Positions 58,814-64,000 of a stretch of DNA of 64,000 nucleotides are shown here, piece by piece; within the stretch, counting starts at the first letter, position 1, and each line of letters starts with the position of its first letter. Origin of the DNA: Megasphaera sp. (GTDB lineage: Bacteria > Bacillota > Negativicutes > Veillonellales > Megasphaeraceae); assembly GCA_022486585.1 (NCBI GenBank), contig JAKVKI010000004.1, positions 21,496-85,495 on the forward strand, given 5' to 3'. A model generated the notes under the pieces. The model ran no database searches. It was given only the letters and a program-made list of their open reading frames with translations, and was not told where the DNA came from. A program made the position numbers and the translations under genes.

Positions 58814-59830
58814 ATGAAATTTTTGATGCATTACAAGAAAAAAACAATTACGTTAGATGAATTGCAGTCATCTTGTCAGGCTATAGCGTATGATATATTT
58901 CGACAATGGGTGAGAGAGCTGGAAGAACAGGGTGTCCTTGATGGTGTGCGGTGCAGCGGGAATGATTTTGGTGGTCTCTTTCGTAAATATCGCATTATGA
59001 CAGGTCCTCTCTTTGCTTCCGTTGCTGCTACGATTCAGAGCGATGCAGCTTCGCTTAGATTATCGGGACAGCTGGATATTTCTTGGTATTATAGTCAGCC
59101 CTTAGAAATATGGCAGCGTGACAAAGATGATATAGTAAAATTAAATGCATTTTTCTGTAGTGGCGATATAATAAAGAACGCATCGTTACAACAACGGTCC
59201 TATGATATATTTGGCAACGAGAAACTTCTTACGGGAAAGGGGCATGCGCTATTAACACATCTTCATATTACAGAGGATAACTTGGGTATAGCAGCAGAAG
59301 CAGATCCGCTGATGATGGCAGTCAATCCGACCGTGCGAAGTGCCCCGACAGCCTGTCATCTTATTGTGGAAAATAAAGCGACCTATTATGGGTTGTTACC
59401 ATATTTGCCTAAATCTGGTTTTACATCCCTTATTTTGGGATACGGTTGGAAAATCGTCGGTAATTTAAAGCAGTTGCCAATGCAGTGTTGTTTGCCGGAA
59501 AGTAGGCATATTTGTTGGTATTTTGGCGATTTTGATTGGGAAGGGTTGCATATTTGGCATAGTTTGCCGTGTATGGAACATATAGAAATTCGGCTGGCTG
59601 TTCCTTTTTACAAAGCTTTTTTAGCATATGAACCGTCTATAGGAAAAGCGAATCAGAAACCAGATGAAGCAGCATTACATGCTTTTTTGTCGCATTTTGA
59701 TGAAAAATATGTTGCGTGTTTCCGGGATAGTCTGGAACAGCATCTCTATTATCCTCAGGAAACGTTATTGCCGACAGTATTACAGGCTTGTTGGAAGGAA
59801 ATAAATCATGAAATTGGAAAATTTTTATGA
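58814..59830 (+). CDS. jetD: Wadjet JetD-like Toprim-fold nuclease
   Basis: RSYDIFGNEK, IVENKATY, GYGWKI, YFGDFDWEG (DxD), C-terminal PQE; first gene of a four-gene overlapping operon; start may be GTG 58802. Confidence 0.8.
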   Translation: MKFLMHYKKKTITLDELQSSCQAIAYDIFRQWVRELEEQGVLDGVRCSGNDFGGLFRKYRIMTGPLFASVAATIQSDAASLRLSGQLDISWYYSQPLEIWQRDKDDIVKLNAFFCSGDIIKNASLQQRSYDIFGNEKLLTGKGHALLTHLHITEDNLGIAAEADPLMMAVNPTVRSAPTACHLIVENKATYYGLLPYLPKSGFTSLILGYGWKIVGNLKQLPMQCCLPESRHICWYFGDFDWEGLHIWHSLPCMEHIEIRLAVPFYKAFLAYEPSIGKANQKPDEAALHAFLSHFDEKYVACFRDSLEQHLYYPQETLLPTVLQACWKEINHEIGKFL

Positions 59831-61292
59831 ACGGATGGGCCGTGTTTTGCTTATGGCACCATTGTACCGGTTGGAACGGCGCAAATTGAAGTGTAATGAC
59901 GGGACAGAAGTGTCGTGTATGGAATTAGGACTGATGACACTTCTTTTTTTCTTTGAACATATGTTAGATGGCAAGAAAAAGGCAGGAATACGTGACTTAG
60001 CGGCTTTTTTGCAGGAACAGACAGGAACTTCGTTATTTCCAGATTTTCAAGGATATGAAAAATTGGCGCGTGATATTATCGCCATTTTTCGACCGCCAAC
60101 AGGTCGCCGTAACGAAGAGGCGTTCTACGATTGGGAAATCAGAAAAGAGAGTCATGTATCATATTCTTATGTCAAAGCAGATAAAGCGAATATTGCATCG
60201 AACGAGCAGTATTATCTTCTGGATGAGCAGGGACTGGAGCTTATTTTTGCTACGAAGGAATATTTCAATGAATATCAGTTATCTATTAATCAGCTTATTT
60301 TGCGCAAACAGCTGGAAAAGGGCCAATTCGTCCTGGCCCTGCGGCAAGTAGAAGAAATGCGTCTTGATGTAGAAACCCTGCGAGGACGTATGCATCGTAT
60401 CCAGCAGGAAATTCATCGCAGTATTGTTTCTGAAGAGACATTGGACCGATATCGTACAATTGTTAAAGATATGAATGGACGCCTTCAAAGTGAAGAAAAG
60501 GAATTCACAGAATTGAAAGAATTTATTCGTGAGACGCGACAGCGCATTCATGATAATGTAGATAAGGATCCGGAACGGCGAGCGTATAGCAATATTCTTG
60601 ATGTAGAACGGCGCCTCGATGAAGTCCATGGAGCACATCGGTCTTTATTACAGGCTGGGGTTGATTTAGGAACATCTGCTTTAGCAGCTGCTGAAGAGGC
60701 GCTGTATTTTTCCGGTATGGATAGTTTTAATTTTGAACAGGAAATTACTAGCCGTATGTTTGCAGCACCATTGCCAGTAACCGCTTCACGTCGTCTTGTT
60801 GAACCATTTTTTCCCATGGAGAGCCATCATACGTGGTCACCATTGGCTATCTTTTTTCCACAGCGCTTAGAGCGGCTGGAGCGGGAAAACCGGCAGGAAG
60901 ATTTTCCTGATTGGGAAGACACACCGCAAGGTAAAGAAACGTTACAGAATATACAGTATCATTATGGCCGTATTGTTCGATATTTTCTTGATTTTTTAGG
61001 TGACAAGACCAGTGCTGTCTTAGGTGATTTTATTTCTTATATGCAGAAACAGGATGAAGCATTTTTAGAAAATCGGCAGTTCTATATTTTTTGGATGTTG
61101 TTGCATCGCCGTAATACGCTGACACTGGATCCGGAAACAATAGGTGGTGATTCTGTATATGCCGATATACTCAAGACGGCGCCGGAACTGCAGTCTGTTT
61201 CTGTGAGCGAACGTAGTGATATACTGACATATCATACGTTTACGATTAGTAATATGGATATTGAGGTGGTAATGGATCATGGAGTATCGTGA
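59808..61292 (+). CDS. jetA: Wadjet JetA-like (kleisin) subunit
   Basis: 494 aa with an N-terminal wHTH-like region (GLELIFATKE) and central coiled coil; position between jetD and jetB. Confidence 0.7.
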   Translation: MKLENFYERMGRVLLMAPLYRLERRKLKCNDGTEVSCMELGLMTLLFFFEHMLDGKKKAGIRDLAAFLQEQTGTSLFPDFQGYEKLARDIIAIFRPPTGRRNEEAFYDWEIRKESHVSYSYVKADKANIASNEQYYLLDEQGLELIFATKEYFNEYQLSINQLILRKQLEKGQFVLALRQVEEMRLDVETLRGRMHRIQQEIHRSIVSEETLDRYRTIVKDMNGRLQSEEKEFTELKEFIRETRQRIHDNVDKDPERRAYSNILDVERRLDEVHGAHRSLLQAGVDLGTSALAAAEEALYFSGMDSFNFEQEITSRMFAAPLPVTASRRLVEPFFPMESHHTWSPLAIFFPQRLERLERENRQEDFPDWEDTPQGKETLQNIQYHYGRIVRYFLDFLGDKTSAVLGDFISYMQKQDEAFLENRQFYIFWMLLHRRNTLTLDPETIGGDSVYADILKTAPELQSVSVSERSDILTYHTFTISNMDIEVVMDHGVS

Positions 61293-62037
61293 TGACACGA
61301 TTTTAAAAGCATTTCAGATATATGCAGGATTGGCTAGTAAAGGTGAATTGGCTAAAGTTGATAGCGCACCATATTTTGAAGATGAAACGATTCGGTCTCT
61401 TGTTGATAATTATGCTAAGGCTGTTCAGTGCACATTAGTGCATGATGCTGATTATCTTTATCTGATTCCTATTGCAATGGATTCACCGTTTCATATGTCC
61501 AATGACAGCATCAAGAAGGAGTATATGACGGCGAAATCAATTAACATGGACATGTATCTCATGTATTTAGCGATTATCGTTTTGTTTGGGTGTTTTTATG
61601 ACAGTTATGAAACGACAGAACCGTTGCAATTCATAACGATGCAGCATTGGCTGGAAAATATGGACCTGCGTATGGAGTCGCTATCTCGCCATGATGAAGC
61701 GACATTGCGGGCCAAAGAAGGGGAACTTAATGTGAACTGGCTGGCCTTGCTGCGTAAATGGACAGATATGGACAGCATCAAAGAAACGGCAAAAAAGCAA
61801 GATGCTCGAACAAACAGCCGGCTTAGTTTTTTGAATATGACGAAGGATTTTCTTATAGAACAGCATCTATTGCAGGACATTGGTAATCAGGAACTGGAAT
61901 TGACAGATAAAGCAAAGACGATTTATATTTCATACTACATGGATCGGGAATATAATAAGGGAATTACAGACTTCATGTATAATTTGGATCATCACGAAGA
62001 TACGAAAGAAGGGGAAAATCATGCCGTCCATCAGTAG
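61279..62037 (+). CDS. jetB: Wadjet JetB-like (KITE; DUF6063-like) subunit
   Basis: 252 aa, tandem wHTH-sized, directly upstream of and overlapping the SMC-like gene. Confidence 0.7.
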   Translation: MEYRDDTILKAFQIYAGLASKGELAKVDSAPYFEDETIRSLVDNYAKAVQCTLVHDADYLYLIPIAMDSPFHMSNDSIKKEYMTAKSINMDMYLMYLAIIVLFGCFYDSYETTEPLQFITMQHWLENMDLRMESLSRHDEATLRAKEGELNVNWLALLRKWTDMDSIKETAKKQDARTNSRLSFLNMTKDFLIEQHLLQDIGNQELELTDKAKTIYISYYMDREYNKGITDFMYNLDHHEDTKEGENHAVHQ

Positions 62038-64000
62038 AATACGATTTACTAATGTCGTGTATGATAACGGCAATAAGCGATATATTGATACGGTTTTTCG
62101 TTTTGATGGATTCAATGGGATCTTGCTGTTAGAAAATGGTGCAGGAAAAACTGTTTTTGTACAGACATTGATTCAGGCGGTGTTGCCCCGTAAGACCGTA
62201 GCGCAACGGAAAATCCAGGAGACACTGCAGCTCAGTAACAATATTGCTCATATTGCCGTGGAATGGATCCTTGAAGATCAGCCGCGTCGTTATGGGCTCA
62301 CGGCAGTGTCGTTGTTCATGAACAATCGAGATACACTGGCATCCCAGGAATTTGCCATGGAATATACAGCAGCATCGAGCGAACGACTAGATACACTGCC
62401 ATTTACGAAACAGGAAAAAGGACATAAACGGCCGGCGACAAAAGAGGAAATGGCTGCTTATTTTCGCGGTATTGCGACACATTCCATGACAGCACAGTTT
62501 TTTTCAGAAAATGATACGCTTACAGCGTATGGTAAATATATTGAAGACCATTTTAAACTTATTCCGTCAGAATGGAATAAAATTGCTGCTATTAATGAGA
62601 CCGAAGGTGGTGTGGAGGCATATTTTGAAAGCTGCCGTACGACTAATGATCTTATTGATAAGCTGCTCATACCTACCGTCGAAGAAGGGTGCGCTGATAC
62701 GAATGGTGTTAAAGAAGGCAATGGGTTTGCAGAGCTTTTTGAATCGCAGCGGGATCATTTTAAGCAACAATTAGTATTGCAACAACGTATTGAAGAAATG
62801 AAAGGGATCATTTCTGAACTTTCAGACTACACGGAAATCCAACATAGTCAATATGAAGCGGAACAGAAACTCTTGCTTGTCAACCGGAAGCTAAAAGCAC
62901 TCTACATTCAGACAGGCGCAGTACAAAAACAGCGAAAGGCCACACAAGGTCTCTTGGAAGAAGAAGCAGATCGGCTGCATCACGAGCAGGCAATGAATCG
63001 GCAGCGTTTTGAAGCCTGTAATGTTGCTGAACGTGAATTGGTATATAAAGAAAAACAAGATATCGTTACAAACGTCAAGATGGTTCGGCAAGCAGCTGAT
63101 GAAGCCTATACAGCTGCACTGACGGAGTTGCATAATCTGGAATTAGCCCGGCGCAAACATCAATATGAGCAGGCCGGTCAGTCAGCAGTTACAGCACAGC
63201 AAGCATTGGCAGCGTTATCTCAGCATGCGGAAACAGTAGCCTTAGAGGCACAACTTAGCAGTAATGGTGCGGCACTACATTATTGGTTTCAAACAGAAGA
63301 GCAAAAACAGCAACAGTTGTTAGGGGCGTTGCAGCAATCTCAACAGGAGGTGCAGCATAATAAGGCGCAACAGCAAACCAATCAGCAACGTTGGCAGCAA
63401 GAAGGTAACCGATTACATAGTGCCGTAGGGGAAAAAGACGGTCGTGTTCGTACACTTGTAGAACAACAGGAGAAAATTGAACAGGAATTATTTCCTGATA
63501 GTATGAATCGTGATGCAAAAGCACAGTATCATTTGTGGCAGCAGGAACAACGACAAAACCAGCAAGAACTAGATGGCTATGAAAAAAACATCTGCTTTTA
63601 TGAAGACGAACAGCAGAAACTGAATGTGTCCCTGCCGAAGCAGGAAAAAGAATATGAAGGATTGACCGAAGATAAGCAGTCCATAGATTTGCAGATTGCC
63701 CGAATAGATAGTCAGGCGGCGCTTGTCTTGGGAAAACTAGGAAAATGGCCGAGTTGTGCTAATGTAGCTGCTAATACATTGCAACTGTATCAACGGTCAG
63801 AATTCCTGATGAATCAAATGGGCGATAACATCGTTATGGAAGAAGAAAAAGCGCGCAATTTGGAAACGACGTCACGGCAGGCACACCGATTTCTTGATGT
63901 ATATGGTCAGCAAGACCAGTTCACGGCAGATCCGGCATTGGAAGAATATATCAGTGATTGGGCTGATGACTTTGTTTATCTTAAGAGTGGTGCTGATATG
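62021..64000 (+). CDS. jetC: Wadjet JetC SMC-like ATPase, N-terminal 660 aa (truncated by the window end; absent from the ORF track)
   Basis: MPSISRIRFTNVVYDNGNKRY...LENGAGKT Walker A, then long Q/E/K-rich coiled coil; no stop seen before the window edge. Confidence 0.85.
   Translation, partial: MPSISRIRFTNVVYDNGNKRYIDTVFRFDGFNGILLLENGAGKTVFVQTLIQAVLPRKTVAQRKIQETLQLSNNIAHIAVEWILEDQPRRYGLTAVSLFMNNRDTLASQEFAMEYTAASSERLDTLPFTKQEKGHKRPATKEEMAAYFRGIATHSMTAQFFSENDTLTAYGKYIEDHFKLIPSEWNKIAAINETEGGVEAYFESCRTTNDLIDKLLIPTVEEGCADTNGVKEGNGFAELFESQRDHFKQQLVLQQRIEEMKGIISELSDYTEIQHSQYEAEQKLLLVNRKLKALYIQTGAVQKQRKATQGLLEEEADRLHHEQAMNRQRFEACNVAERELVYKEKQDIVTNVKMVRQAADEAYTAALTELHNLELARRKHQYEQAGQSAVTAQQALAALSQHAETVALEAQLSSNGAALHYWFQTEEQKQQQLLGALQQSQQEVQHNKAQQQTNQQRWQQEGNRLHSAVGEKDGRVRTLVEQQEKIEQELFPDSMNRDAKAQYHLWQQEQRQNQQELDGYEKNICFYEDEQQKLNVSLPKQEKEYEGLTEDKQSIDLQIARIDSQAALVLGKLGKWPSCANVAANTLQLYQRSEFLMNQMGDNIVMEEEKARNLETTSRQAHRFLDVYGQQDQFTADPALEEYISDWADDFVYLKSGADM

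Noticed and set aside
1-64000. CRISPR arrays, rRNA genes, IS elements or transposases
   Set aside because: No regularly spaced repeats, rRNA-like sequence or transposase motifs were noticed on reading

Overview
Chromosomal window from an anaerobic Firmicute; the gene content suggests a Negativicute such as Megasphaera (inference). 1-17.1 kb is a molybdenum/selenium island. It carries the 3' part of a selenium-dependent xanthine dehydrogenase-type gene, yqeB, yqeC, xdhC and a mocA-like gene. A reverse-strand operon holds mobAB, moeA, fdhF, a ferredoxin gene and fdhD; fdhF is one selenoprotein gene with an in-frame UGA and a SECIS hairpin, which the ORF track splits in two. A forward operon holds a modE-like gene, a moeA-like gene, moaC, moaA, a MOSC-MogA fusion and modABC. 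17-50 kb is mostly metabolic: a candidate sRNA, transporters, queC, an M13 peptidase, pyk, a 2-oxoacid:ferredoxin oxidoreductase operon, a HAAAP permease with a probable leader-peptide attenuator, a Trp T-box trpEGDCFBA operon, folE2 with an HD gene, a LarA homolog, the AmmeMemoRadiSam pair, a phosphoethanolamine transferase, tRNA-Asp/Phe/Leu and a LysR/IscU-like/GGGtGRT locus. 50-64 kb holds an NlpC/P60 hydrolase, an amidohydrolase, secreted GDPD and PchP-like HAD enzymes, a glycyl radical enzyme with a non-canonical CGCVVP active-site loop plus its activase, and a Wadjet (type III-like) anti-plasmid operon that runs off the right edge. The best candidates for undescribed biology are the glycyl radical enzyme locus, the GGGtGRT system, the attenuator and the sRNA. 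All family calls rest on recalled motifs; no database search was run.
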